From Massalongia carnosa (Eukaryota), in the NCBI GenBank assembly GCA_965645245.1, contig OZ287083.1, positions 372,001-436,000 on the forward strand: a DNA stretch of 64,000 bases, read 5' to 3'. Under the pieces are notes generated by a model that was not told the DNA's origin, made no database searches, and saw only the letters and a program-made list of their open reading frames with translations. Position 1 is the first letter of the stretch; each line of letters begins with the position of its first letter. A program made the translations under genes and the position numbers. Of this stretch, positions 25,230 to 36,710 are shown one piece after another.

Positions 25230-28200
25230 TCACGCCGTTACGTTCTCGAAATGAAACCCGGGAGCCCCCGGAAAGGCCCCCTGCGCAGCAACAGGCAAAG
25301 TCTCCCTTTTCTCCCCATTCTGATCTCCGCCCACCACCTTCCCGCTCTTCCCTCCCTCCTCCACCACGACGATCTCGACCTCCCGGCACCCCGTCGTCTT
25401 CCGCAGCCCGGCCTGCATCTGCTCCAGCACGTCGAGCTCGTCGAACCCCAGCTTCCGCTCGAACACCGCGTCTGCCTTCTCCCCCGCCAGCAGGCGCCTC
25501 TTCAGCGCCTGGACGAACGGCATCGCTTTCTTCATTTCGCCCATCTTGGCGATTTGCGCCCCAAGCGCCTTGTCGTTCACTGAGAGCGTGACGCTGTCGA
25601 AGCTAGTCCGAACGAGATCGATGTACTTTTCTTGCCAGGCCGGGTAGGCCGCGGCGGCGAAGATGAAGAGCTTTTTAGGGAGTTTGGGGTCAAATGCCAT
25701 GGCTTTTCCTTTCTCTTTCTTCTTTAGCTGAGTGCCCTCGGCCGAGGTGATGCTGGAGGCGGTGCTGCGAACGTAATCGCGAGCGGCTGTCAGGTGAAAC
25801 TTTGGGGTGGAAACTATAGGCCAGAGAGCGAGCTGGATAGAAGTAGGCTGTGTGCAAGAAAGTTAATCCTGGTCCTGAACAGTAATGCGAGTAAGATACA
25901 GCCAGGGAGACCTACTTTCTTGAGTACTTCACACCAGATATAATCTGCCCAATGAGAAGCAATGGGGGTCAGAAGCAAGGCTTGGAGTTCAACATATCGA
26001 AGTATAAGTTTACGATTCATGCCAATACCAGCAGCCATGGTGGCTTCCCGGTAGAAATCCCGGGCGCCGTTGAAGTCGTATAAGGCGGATTTAAGTGCAA
26101 GCTTGTAGTTCGTTCTGATTACTCGTAAGTACAGCCACGCCGATGCGTAATGCCCGACTCACGCTTCATAATGCTGTTCGGCTTCATGGACAAGACCGTT
26201 CATCTCGTTCTCGAAAAGCTGGTCCCAGAAAGTATCGGCAGTACCAGCCCGAAGATTAGGATCCTGTACGACTTCCTTACACCACTCCTTGAGGGTAAAC
26301 AGCCTCAGGATGATCTGATTTGCCACAGATTCCTCAAAATTAGCATCCTCAACGCCATCTCCGGCATCCGCAAGAGCTATTCGAGTAGCATCTGCGCCAT
26401 ATTTTCTAACAGCATCGTTCAGGGTCAAAAAGTTGCCCGTGCTTTTGCTCATCTTCTCTCCGTTGAGCAACAAATGCCCGTTAACCCTCATACTTCGTGG
26501 CCAGTATTCTCTAGGAAAGAGAGCAGCGTGGACGTAAAGACAGAACGTTAAGTTATTACCGATAAGGTCCTTTCCAGAAACTCGCACATCCATCGGGTAC
26601 CAATACTCAAATTCCCGGCGCATTTTTTCGAGATCTGACCTCTGAATGCCGGATTTCTCCACCAAGTCTTCACTGATCTCTCGACGGCAAAATATATAGT
26701 CCCAGACCTCGTCAATCATTTGATCTGCCTTGATATCAAGAACGCCTTTTTCGGTACCGAAAATATCGCTATGTAATAAATGAGAAAATGTATAATACGC
26801 CGGGTAAATAGTGCTGTCGCTCAAACTTTCGACAAGAAATTTTGGGTCCCATGGGAGCTTCGACCCAAGACCATACGTCCTGGCGCAAGCCCAACGATTT
26901 AGCCATCCTAGCGTCTTTTCGAACTGATGTTTTACCTCTGAAGAATACAGCTCTAAGTCAGTTTGCACGTAATCCACGACTTGTTGTCGCCACTGAGGGT
27001 CATTCTCCCCGTAATTGATGAACCATTGACCAAGATATGCTACTACACATTCGTCGCCGCTTCGGCTGACAACGTGTCCGTTTGGCTCAGCGTATTCAAG
27101 GGCTTCACCGCTTTTCAGAAGAGCATCTTTAACCTTTGGCTTCGCAACCTCTACGGCCTGGCCTTTAAAATCACCTATTAACATGATTCCCTTGTAGTAA
27201 CCCTCCTTATACGCCAACTCCTTTGCTTCACCAAGTTGCTTTGAATCTTTTGGTGAGTTGATCTTCATTTTTGTAACTAAAAATGGCGCTGTGAGATTAC
27301 CATATGTTGGCGTTTCAATGATTGGTGGGATTTCAAGCTCTGCCCACTCCTTCTTGATCCCATAGTATTCTGCCTTCTTGGCTAGCTCTACCATTGTAGC
27401 GTAGTCGTCTGGGCTATCCGAAGGAACAGACGTTACAACACCTGTACCTTTATTGGGCAAGACCGACTCCATAGGTAGTATACGCACACCTTGCGTATGA
27501 ATTGATAGAGGAGCCGAAACCAAAGTGCCAACAACGGAGGATCCTAATAACTCAATAGTAGCAGAGAGTTGATCGGCATTGCGGGGGAAATTGTCACTCT
27601 TGAAGAAAGTTCCCTGAAATGCCATATTCCATGCAGCACGCTTTGTGACTACGTAGTATTCATTATCCGATACTCTGAAGACGCCATAAGTGATTCTCGG
27701 CCCAACAAAACAGCAGGTTTGACCGTACATGGTTTCAGGTCGAAGTGTGGCGGCGACAAAATACACGTTAGCGCCATCAGGAATTTTCCCTCGAATTAGA
27801 TCAGCAGCTTTGGGCGCCCACTCCTTGACTTTTAGTTTGATAGCGGTATAATCCTGTGGCCCAATACCTTCTCCTTCAGTTCTGTCATGATCCATGCAAG
27901 GCTGTCCGTCTTTTGGAGAGTACACGGTATATCGAACGCCGTACTGGATCTTGTTCAACTCCCTTAATCGATTCATTTGCCATCTTACAAAAGCATCATA
28001 ATATGGATTTGCATCAGTTGTAACGAAAGAACGCCTCCAGTCAATTCGGGCTCCAAAACTATTCAGATCTTGCCTGCAGAGAGGAGGGAAATATTTAAGC
28101 CAATATGCCGAATCTGCAAACTTATGAATTTCTTCTTGAGGAATTCCCAAAGCGAGCATGATTTGAAATTGATACTTTAGCTTAACGGTCTTAGAAGCAG

Positions 28201-28818
28201 CCTTACTCTTGTTCGAGGAGAATTTAGTGACATCTTCTTTCGTTTCCGCCTGAGTGGGTGCTGGAGGTAATTTTGGCATTCCATCTATTTCGTCGATATC
28301 TACCGTGTATCGCTCGAAGTTTTGACCAAATTTACGAACATCCTCTGTTAACTTATCTGCACATGCTTTGATTGGCATACCCGTGCAATGAAAGCCTAAG
28401 GGAAATAGAGCACGCTTTCCTTGCATTCTTGCAAATCCAGCAGAAAACTCGACTTTGCTTGCCGTAAAACTGTGACCGGCATGCAAACTTCCATTCATGT
28501 AGGGATAAGCGAAATTTCCATGAAATTTTGGATGTTTTTCTCTTAACTTGGCAGCTGAAATGGACCCTGTTGGCGCTTCTAATATCGTTGGGGCGTTGAC
28601 ATGAAATACTCCAGATTCTTGCCATTGCGCTTGATACCTTTTCTCTATTGCAATCAATGAGTCTCGCTTCTCTGTCTGGTCGATTTATGATAAGATGAGT
28701 TCTTGGCTTTTATTATTGCTTTGGATGGGGAACTCACGTTTTCTAATTTCAAAGTATTCTTTGAATTATTTGCTGGATCTAAGATATTCGCATCGCCTAG
28801 ACCATTGATACCAGTCAT
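25230..28818 (-). CDS. CDC60: Cytosolic leucyl-tRNA synthetase
   Basis: YPYMNGSLHAGH (HIGH), ATLRPETMYGQT, GTGVVTSVPSDSPDD (editing domain), EKMSKSTGN. First exon starts at ATG 28818, and there are three introns (near 28737, 26163, 25916). Confidence 0.96.
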
Positions 28819-29006
28819 AATGCAAGCCTCTTCAAGTTGAGATTTCCTGTGTGTAAAATGCAGTATGAATTGCCAAAAAGCTCTTACAAGACGATTAGTG
28901 TCTAGATTAGACGATGTTTACTCTACCCGCGTCAGATAACTATGATATTACATAAGCAATATGAAATCCAACTAACACACATTTCTAACAAATACCAATC
29001 TGTAAG

Positions 29007-29531
29007 ATGTTCGGCTTTACTTTACCGCGGTTGAATGAAGTCTCTGCAACCCCAACTTCAGCTCTAAAGAATCCTTACAAAGCCCAGAAGCCCTGGCCTC
29101 CTGATTTTACCAAACTCCATCCAAAGTACCAATTTCGACTTGAACGAAGATATCGTCGGAGGGCTAAGCTTAAATGGGCACGTCCTGGATGGACGAAAGG
29201 CGTGAAGATGGTAGCCTCAGGTTCATGTCTTTGTTTGTCTACTCTCTATCAAAGATGGTTTAGGCCGCTAACCCTTCCTTAAGTTGTTCTTGGTTACGGG
29301 ATTCTTTACATGGATTGGGGTGCCGATAAAAAGGCTTTTCACGGGGTAGGCTCACTTGCTAATTATGTCGGAGAACAATCTCAAATATAACTTACCGGAA
29401 AATAGATTCGGAGCTGGGTAAAGAAGCAAACAGATTCAATCTGGACAACTAACCAGCCAAAAACGCACACTGCGGCAGTTGAGGACATTGATAAAGGGAT
29501 GGCAGCAAGTGATGCTAGAAGACGTACATAA
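29007..29531 (+). CDS. Small hypothetical protein with one TM segment (possibly mitochondrial)
   Basis: NPYKAQKPWPPDFTKLHPKYQFRLERRYRRRAKLKWARPGW, then two GT-AG introns joining ..VVLGYGILYMDWG.. and IRSWVKKQTDSIW..; TAA at 29529-29531. Confidence 0.7.
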
Positions 29532-30596
29532 GGACGTATCAGTGCAGTCATTATGCGTAGCAATCAAGAATACGACCATAAAAAAGATTCAATATTATAT
29601 ACAAAAAGCAGCCATCATACATTCTCCTTTAACCAAATTCATCTGTACGCACCGATACCCTTGATTTCAGGAGACAGAGCTCCCAGAATCGCCCTGGAAT
29701 GACGATAAACCTTTCAGGACGTTTAATTGGTTTTCTCACTTTCGCGACCGTTTCAATGATCGAGCCTGACGGCCTTTTTATTAGGAAAATGATGAGGGAC
29801 ATTCCTGGAATCGTGGTCAATTACGAGCGCTAAGCATCACCAAGCATTCTGAATGAGGTTAAGGTATGTAATAATAGACCCGCAGAGCCAAAAACCTAGA
29901 TAGCAAGGTTTTCGGAAGAGAAGAATGTTCATCTGTTTGCTCCCCAACAAATGCATGAATATCAAACCTGGACTATCAACAAGGCAGTCGAACAGCGCCT
30001 TGGAGAGTATTGCACTTCTTATTTGAGCATTGCATCAAGATTAACGATTTGCTTGGTGAAGTCGGAAAGAAATTATTAACATGATCTGTACGGAGTACTA
30101 TAATGTATACCATTCGTATGCGTTTGTTTATCCACGTGACATATTACCCAAAATACCGAAATATTATTTCTCCGAGGCCCGTCGAGAAAAGCTCGGACTG
30201 TAGATCTTAAAAAGTTTCGCCAGTCGTACTGGTTATGTATTATGTAGCGCTTTCCTCGGATTATCTTCACCAGGAGCACGACGTAGTGTGAAACCAACGA
30301 TTTTGTTAATATTTAAAAAGCGACTTACTGGCTCTGCCGCTCGACAACTACTCGTAGCCCATACATCCTGCGCGTCATTCGTTTCGAAGCCACACTAATC
30401 ACACGCATACGCGCAACATCACCTCCGTTCTCTACTACGGCTTAATGCTTTCTGCTTCTCTAGACGCGCTCCCCCTCCTGAGCAATTCTGATCTAATGCA
30501 GTATGCAAGCAAGTTATTATCGCAGATGGTCTGCCTGTAACCCAAAACCATAATACGTTCGCGCAGACTCAGACATTGCTACGTCGAACTTCAGAC

Positions 30597-33500
30597 ATGC
30601 CATGGCAGCCTTTACCACGGATAGCCTTTGCTGTAGCTACATATCCTTTCCAAGCTTCATCACCAGCAGACCTTCCTCTCGAGTTAGGCGACGAACTATA
30701 TATCATCGAACAAGGTGGCATTGACGGTTCGTGGTATCGAGGCTATCTTGTAGCACCGCCGTCGCTGCTTGCGGGATTAACAAGCGTCAAAGGGCAGACT
30801 TTAGAAGCAAGGGTTTTCTCAGGGATATTTCCACGATGTTGTGTGGAGGTGAGAGAGGTTCTTGGAGATTCTAACGGGGAGGGAAAAGCACATACGATTG
30901 GCTTCAACGAGGAGGCTTCAGCTTTTCACACCGTAAATGGGGGCACACGAAGAGAACCGACCTCTCCGATCAATAACAACAGCCTGCCTTATGGCAACAG
31001 CAGAAGCAATTCACTGAGGACACGGAGGTCTTTTGCGAACGGGGAGAGTCCGCAAGACTCGGGAATCGGAAATACTCCAAGTCGCTCGTCATCACACCGA
31101 AAACCAGAGACAGGTGATCAAGGCGGTATATTAAGAATTTCGCCGCGTGTGAGCAGATCACATCAATCACTTCGTTCATCGCTTCCGCTCACTCCTTTTC
31201 ACACGGGATCCCAAGAACCCAATACCAAGCGACCTTCAGCGCCAGTACCCATTTTGCTTAAGATCGGTGACGAAACTCCTACATCTACCTCAGAGCCATT
31301 AGTAGACGAGGTTGCGTCTTGCCTTCGAGAATGGCATTCGAGAAACCTTCATGAATTACTCCTAGCTCGACGGTACTCGGTGCTAGAAAGAATGTCAGAT
31401 TTGGTCTATCAGCTAGATTTCTCGCGCAGACAGCTTTTGCATGGAGTACTCACGCCCCACGAGCTTCATGCAAGGCGAGAAAAGACAGTGTGGGATCTTG
31501 TCAGCGGAAATAAACTGCTGAGTAAAGATATCATAGTCCGCGATCCCGAACAACGCGGTCGCCTGCTTACAGGGAATGATTCTATCATCGAAATGACGAA
31601 GCTGCAGTCAGTAATGAGCCTACTCAACAAGCCACCTGCATCCCAGCCTGAATCCATAAAGCTATATCATCTAATGGTCGATACTAAAGCGTTCGCAAAC
31701 AGCGGCTTACAATCGCTATCGCTGATAATCAGCCTGTATTCTCGAAGGGGTGGCGGATCTTTACATCAATTAACAGAGTCTTTTGCAGTCGATGTTCCTT
31801 CGCAGGATCATTTTGAGAAAGCGGTGGGACTCGGAACATTTCGCACTTTGTTCACCGAGCTGTCGCCGATTGATGTTGGAGAAAGGATAGGATCAGAATC
31901 CGAAATGTACTTGGTTGTCGAAGTCCATACTAATCAATCGTTTGAAACGGTTCCCATCGCATCATCTAGAAAGGCTGGCGCGTCTCAAAGAAGCTTTTCC
32001 CCCACCAAGCAAATTGCCGGCCCTTCAGAAACACCTTCGGCCAAAGGTGGTAGGAGGAGTATTATGTGGGCACAGAAGCAACTAGGAAGCACTCGACGTC
32101 GTGCACGGCCAGAACCTCGATTTTCCCCGGGACCCAGCACTACAGATTCACCAGCTGTTCTGTCAGATATTGGGGAGCGGCCAATTACTCAAGAAAGCAA
32201 TCCTTTGCAGGCGCAGCAGGACTCTCAGTATGTAAAACGAATTATTGGGGCTGGTATCCTCAGCATCAAGCATCTGGTCGGGCAAAGTAAGGCCATAGAA
32301 CAGACAATGTCGATTTGGTCACCGGTTGGATACAGCATTGAACCCCAGAGTATAGCAGTAGAGTTTGATGACCTCCTCCGTGATTTGATCCCCAGTCGAA
32401 GTGGTCAATATGCAAAGTCTAAGACCCTAGATCATGTCTGCCTGCATCTGCAATTCTTCGAAAGTCCAGATGCGCGTGGTCTAATTACCAGAACCCCGAC
32501 ACTATTACAAAATATCTCCCAAACCCCCAAGATTGGGTTCTCTGGTGCTCCTACATCTCCTCGATCCGACATTTACCTTACACTATCCGAAGCGTTTTTA
32601 CCATCTCAAGCTTTGCTGTCGCATCCCGACCGTGGAACCGTCCAATTATCATCCAACTTGGATTTACGAAACGTTCAACTCACCTTAGAAGTCCGTAAAC
32701 GGTCTGGTGAGCGAATAGAACAGTGTATATTCCCGAGCTCGAATAGCACCGGGTTGACAGCGTGGCGCACCACTGCGGTTTTTCGAGGCGAACCCTGGAA
32801 CCAAATGATAAAACTTGTCATACCCAGCGAGGATGTACTAGAGGCCCATCTGATCATGAGCTTAGCCGACGCCCCGAACTTTCCATTTGCCCTCAGCTGG
32901 ATGCCTTTACGTGATGACGAGGCTTTCATCAAAGATGGATCCCATACTCCATTACTCTATCTGTACGACAAAGTAACCTCGAGCTCTGACAAAGGACAAG
33001 GAGCCTACCTTGCGTTTCCCTGGAACTCGAAAGGGAAAGATGATGTTTCCAAGGAAGAGGTTTTAACTGGCCCTGTTGCGACGCTGAAACTAGAAACATA
33101 CTTATGCAGCACAATATTCTCACAGGATAAAGTGTTACTCGGAATATTAGGTTGGAGAGAGCAGTCCAAAGCTCAAATCCTTGATCTACTGAAGCGTTTC
33201 GTCTTCGTGTCAGAAATTGAAATCGTAAAGCTTGTCAACGATGTCTTCGATGCACTTTTCGGAATCTTGGTTGACCATGCAGGTAAAGACGAATTCGAGG
33301 ACCTGGTTTTCGATGCTCTTGTGACGGTCCTAGGGATTGTCCATGATCGTCGTTTCAACTTGGGTCCTTTGGTAGATTGGTACGCAGAAAACAGATTTGA
33401 TTACCCATTTGCTACCCCTTGCTTGATCAGGAGCTACCTTCGGCTTCTGGCGAAACCCGCCGATTCCCGAAATTCTCGGCGGCTTCGAGCCACTTTCAAG

Positions 33501-36500
33501 GTTGGACGACAAGTGTTAAAATTTATCATCAGCGCCCGAGAGAAGCAGAAGATCAAGGAAGCAGAGATTGGCATTACCGCAACCCAGCCAAGCTTCAATA
33601 GAGAGGTGAAGAACATCTTCAGAGCCCTGGAGGCTTTGATGAGAGATCCCTCTCCCATTTTAGTTGGCAGTAAAACTCTAGTCGTTCAGCATATGCACAC
33701 GTGGCTTCCTGAACTTCATGGCCCATTCTCTGAAGCAGAAATCTTTCAGCTGGCTTCAAGCTTTCTAGACTCTTGTATGGGGGTACAAAACAAACTAATA
33801 CTCCACAAACTGGTACTAATTCTCAACCTCACCAAGATGGCGTTATTCACGCAAAGCAGTGTTCAGCCTTCAGTAGTCTCCAACACTGCTCGATGGATAC
33901 ATGCTGACTGGGGTACGACCAAGGATAATTCCGAACAGTGGCGCGAGCAAATCAGGCTATGCTGTTCTATTGTTTCGAACCAGGTAGAGCAGTTCGGCGC
34001 CGATGCCTCTGTTTACTTTGTGAAAACAATAGAATCATATCACTATCTCCAGGCAGCTGAGCGAACAACCAAGGAAAACCTGTCCTTCCTATTTCCAACC
34101 AATTACCCATTTTCCAGTAAACCAATTATTAGTGCTTCCAACTTTGATGAAGCCCTGATCGAGCTTGCCGCAGTTCTTGCCCAGCTGGCAGAAGTTCCTT
34201 TTACCGAGCATCTCAGGCGATCTATGTCTGACCTTACAGATATGTTATTCACTACCCTAGATGTCATAGTGTCCATTCTTTCCGGAGAAGCTTTCCCAAG
34301 TTCGTGGCTTAGCCTATACATCTATCATCACATGTCATCGCTTCACCTTCTTAAGGCAATATTTGAAATATTGGTGGCCGATTTTATTCCTTCTCCTGAC
34401 GACGCTGACGATTTTAATACCGAGTTGTGGAGTAAATTCCTTCTTGCATTGCTCACCCTTATGAGAAGCGAGGCTCTTGCGCTCGAGACCTTTGCGGAGC
34501 AAAAACGGCGAGCTGTGTGGAAGATTGCAGGAGATGTAAGAGAACAGGGTGCGGATCTGCTCAGGCGTAGCTGGGAAGCAATTGGATGGGAGTCGGGCCC
34601 TGATGACCAAGTGCGTTATGGATGCACTCGATTAGGTGGATATCAAGTTCAATATGTGCCAAAACTTGTTGCTCCCATTGTGGAGTTATGCTTCAGCGTC
34701 CACGAAGGCTTGCGGGGTGTAGCTGTAAGAATTCTGCAGACCATGACCATCAGCGAGTGGACACTCAGTGAGGATCTATCTGTCATTCAAGCTGAAATGA
34801 TCAGTTGTCTTGACCTCAAGTTTAAGTCGAAGAACGTTGGCGAAGGCATTGTACAAAAACTTTTTGTGAACGAGCTCCTTGGGATGTTCGGCTCTCTGAG
34901 TCAAACGCTAGGAGACCCGCTATGGGAGGCTATCAAGGAATTGGTTTCGACTATTGACGAGCTTTTAGATCTTCTTGGAGCTGTGCACTGTCCTGCCATT
35001 ACGGAATCAACTCAGATCATGCATACCCTTCAGTTGATGAACTTTCTCAAAGATATGGAAAAGGAGGACATTTTCATACGATATGTTCATCAATTAGCAG
35101 ACGTCCAGGCTAAGCTCAATAATTTGACCGAGGCAGGTCTGGCGCTGCGACTTCATGCAGACCTTTATGCCTGGGATACCAAAAGTTTGGAATCGCTATC
35201 AGACCCAGCATTCCCTGAACAGTCGTCGTTTGAGCGTAAAGAGCAGCTCTATTTCAGCATGATCAAGCACTACGAAGAAGGCGGTGCCTGGGCGTGTGCC
35301 CTGACGAGTTACAAGGAACTGGCAGAGCGTTATGAGTATCATAACTATGACTTTGCAAAACTCGCAAGGACTCAACATTCCATGGCCAAGATTTACGAAA
35401 GAATTTCGAGGGGCGAGTATCACACTCCAAGGTATTTCCGAGTAGTCTACAAGGGTCTAGGATTTCCTCCTAGTTTTCGAGACAAGGAATTCATCTTCGA
35501 AGGTGGGGCTGGTGAAAGGCAGTCAAACCTTACCGACCGACTACGGCAGCAATATCCCGCGGCTCAGATTGCCTTCTCCGGTGACTTGGAAGAGGTAGAG
35601 GGACAATTCCTCCAAGTGTTTGCTGTAAGCTCACACCGAGAACTGGAGCATCGCGTCTTTCAGCAATCAAGAGTCCCTCTGTCCATTCGAGAGTACTTGC
35701 TCTCGTCACGAACAGATTGCTTTTCTGTCACGTCTCGCCGCCATTCGCCAGCATCAGGAGTCCAGGATCAGTGGATTGAAAAAACTCTCTTCACCACGGC
35801 GGAACCATTCCCAAATATTTTACGCAGAAGCGAGATAATCGCCATCGAGACCTTGCGCCTATCGCCTTTACAGACAGCCCTGGAGAGAACGTTAAGGAAG
35901 ACGTCTGAGATAGCCTTGTTGGATAAGCGCATACGTGATGGGGATGACTCGGCGTTGGCAAGCCTCAGAGAAGCCATCAAGCATTCCGTCGAGCCTTCTT
36001 CCGTCTCCAGCGTAGCTCAATACCGCCAACTCCTCCCGGAACGTGTTGAGCAAGATGACGAGGCCTCCCTTGACGAACCCATTCCCGAGCCCTTGCAAAA
36101 CGCCCTCAAACTCGCTCTCCTCGACCACGCCTCCACGATCAAACACAGTCTATCCCTCTATTCCCGGCGCGGTCTCGACAGCATCCCTCTCTCGCACGCC
36201 CTCTTCTCAACCTTTGCGCCTGAATTCGCTATCCTAAACCCTCATCCCGATCCTACTACCCCCTCACCCAGCTCTCCATCCCTATCGCCCTCCCACCTAA
36301 GTTCTAACCTCATTCCCCACCTCCAAAATGGCACCCTCAGTTCCTCCCCTCCGCCGACACCATCCACAGACCCCCGGTCCCGTGGCTCGCGCCTCAGTTT
36401 AAGCTTCCTCAAACCCCCTCCTAAAAGCCCCTTTCCACCGACCACAAATGGGGGAGCTTCTCCCTCTGCCCCCTCCTCTGCAGACACAGAATCCGGACCC

Positions 36501-36710
36501 CCAGCCTCAGAAAATGGGTCTGAGGCCGCGAGTGGCGGTGGCATGCGGGACACGGAGGAGGGAAGGCCTGTGACGGCCACATCGGCAAGGTCTGGTCGAG
36601 TGAGAAAGAGACTGAGCTTGCTTGGGATCAGGAAGGGGGGAAGCCCTAGGGATCGAGGCGTAGGAAGGGGAAGAGGTGCGAAGGGCATGGGGGGGGTGCC
36701 GGAGGAGTAG
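30597..36710 (+). CDS. DCK1: DOCK-family Rac guanine nucleotide exchange factor (SH3, C2-DOCK, DHR-2)
   Basis: Single 6.1-kb ORF from ATG 30597 (MPWQPLPRIAFAVATYPF..LPLELGDELYIIE..WYRG, an SH3 domain). DHR-2 motifs EAGLALRLHA, ERKEQLY, YFRVVYKGLGFP and FPNILRRS. Confidence 0.92.
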   Translation: MPWQPLPRIAFAVATYPFQASSPADLPLELGDELYIIEQGGIDGSWYRGYLVAPPSLLAGLTSVKGQTLEARVFSGIFPRCCVEVREVLGDSNGEGKAHTIGFNEEASAFHTVNGGTRREPTSPINNNSLPYGNSRSNSLRTRRSFANGESPQDSGIGNTPSRSSSHRKPETGDQGGILRISPRVSRSHQSLRSSLPLTPFHTGSQEPNTKRPSAPVPILLKIGDETPTSTSEPLVDEVASCLREWHSRNLHELLLARRYSVLERMSDLVYQLDFSRRQLLHGVLTPHELHARREKTVWDLVSGNKLLSKDIIVRDPEQRGRLLTGNDSIIEMTKLQSVMSLLNKPPASQPESIKLYHLMVDTKAFANSGLQSLSLIISLYSRRGGGSLHQLTESFAVDVPSQDHFEKAVGLGTFRTLFTELSPIDVGERIGSESEMYLVVEVHTNQSFETVPIASSRKAGASQRSFSPTKQIAGPSETPSAKGGRRSIMWAQKQLGSTRRRARPEPRFSPGPSTTDSPAVLSDIGERPITQESNPLQAQQDSQYVKRIIGAGILSIKHLVGQSKAIEQTMSIWSPVGYSIEPQSIAVEFDDLLRDLIPSRSGQYAKSKTLDHVCLHLQFFESPDARGLITRTPTLLQNISQTPKIGFSGAPTSPRSDIYLTLSEAFLPSQALLSHPDRGTVQLSSNLDLRNVQLTLEVRKRSGERIEQCIFPSSNSTGLTAWRTTAVFRGEPWNQMIKLVIPSEDVLEAHLIMSLADAPNFPFALSWMPLRDDEAFIKDGSHTPLLYLYDKVTSSSDKGQGAYLAFPWNSKGKDDVSKEEVLTGPVATLKLETYLCSTIFSQDKVLLGILGWREQSKAQILDLLKRFVFVSEIEIVKLVNDVFDALFGILVDHAGKDEFEDLVFDALVTVLGIVHDRRFNLGPLVDWYAENRFDYPFATPCLIRSYLRLLAKPADSRNSRRLRATFKVGRQVLKFIISAREKQKIKEAEIGITATQPSFNREVKNIFRALEALMRDPSPILVGSKTLVVQHMHTWLPELHGPFSEAEIFQLASSFLDSCMGVQNKLILHKLVLILNLTKMALFTQSSVQPSVVSNTARWIHADWGTTKDNSEQWREQIRLCCSIVSNQVEQFGADASVYFVKTIESYHYLQAAERTTKENLSFLFPTNYPFSSKPIISASNFDEALIELAAVLAQLAEVPFTEHLRRSMSDLTDMLFTTLDVIVSILSGEAFPSSWLSLYIYHHMSSLHLLKAIFEILVADFIPSPDDADDFNTELWSKFLLALLTLMRSEALALETFAEQKRRAVWKIAGDVREQGADLLRRSWEAIGWESGPDDQVRYGCTRLGGYQVQYVPKLVAPIVELCFSVHEGLRGVAVRILQTMTISEWTLSEDLSVIQAEMISCLDLKFKSKNVGEGIVQKLFVNELLGMFGSLSQTLGDPLWEAIKELVSTIDELLDLLGAVHCPAITESTQIMHTLQLMNFLKDMEKEDIFIRYVHQLADVQAKLNNLTEAGLALRLHADLYAWDTKSLESLSDPAFPEQSSFERKEQLYFSMIKHYEEGGAWACALTSYKELAERYEYHNYDFAKLARTQHSMAKIYERISRGEYHTPRYFRVVYKGLGFPPSFRDKEFIFEGGAGERQSNLTDRLRQQYPAAQIAFSGDLEEVEGQFLQVFAVSSHRELEHRVFQQSRVPLSIREYLLSSRTDCFSVTSRRHSPASGVQDQWIEKTLFTTAEPFPNILRRSEIIAIETLRLSPLQTALERTLRKTSEIALLDKRIRDGDDSALASLREAIKHSVEPSSVSSVAQYRQLLPERVEQDDEASLDEPIPEPLQNALKLALLDHASTIKHSLSLYSRRGLDSIPLSHALFSTFAPEFAILNPHPDPTTPSPSSPSLSPSHLSSNLIPHLQNGTLSSSPPPTPSTDPRSRGSRLSLSFLKPPPKSPFPPTTNGGASPSAPSSADTESGPPASENGSEAASGGGMRDTEEGRPVTATSARSGRVRKRLSLLGIRKGGSPRDRGVGRGRGAKGMGGVPEE

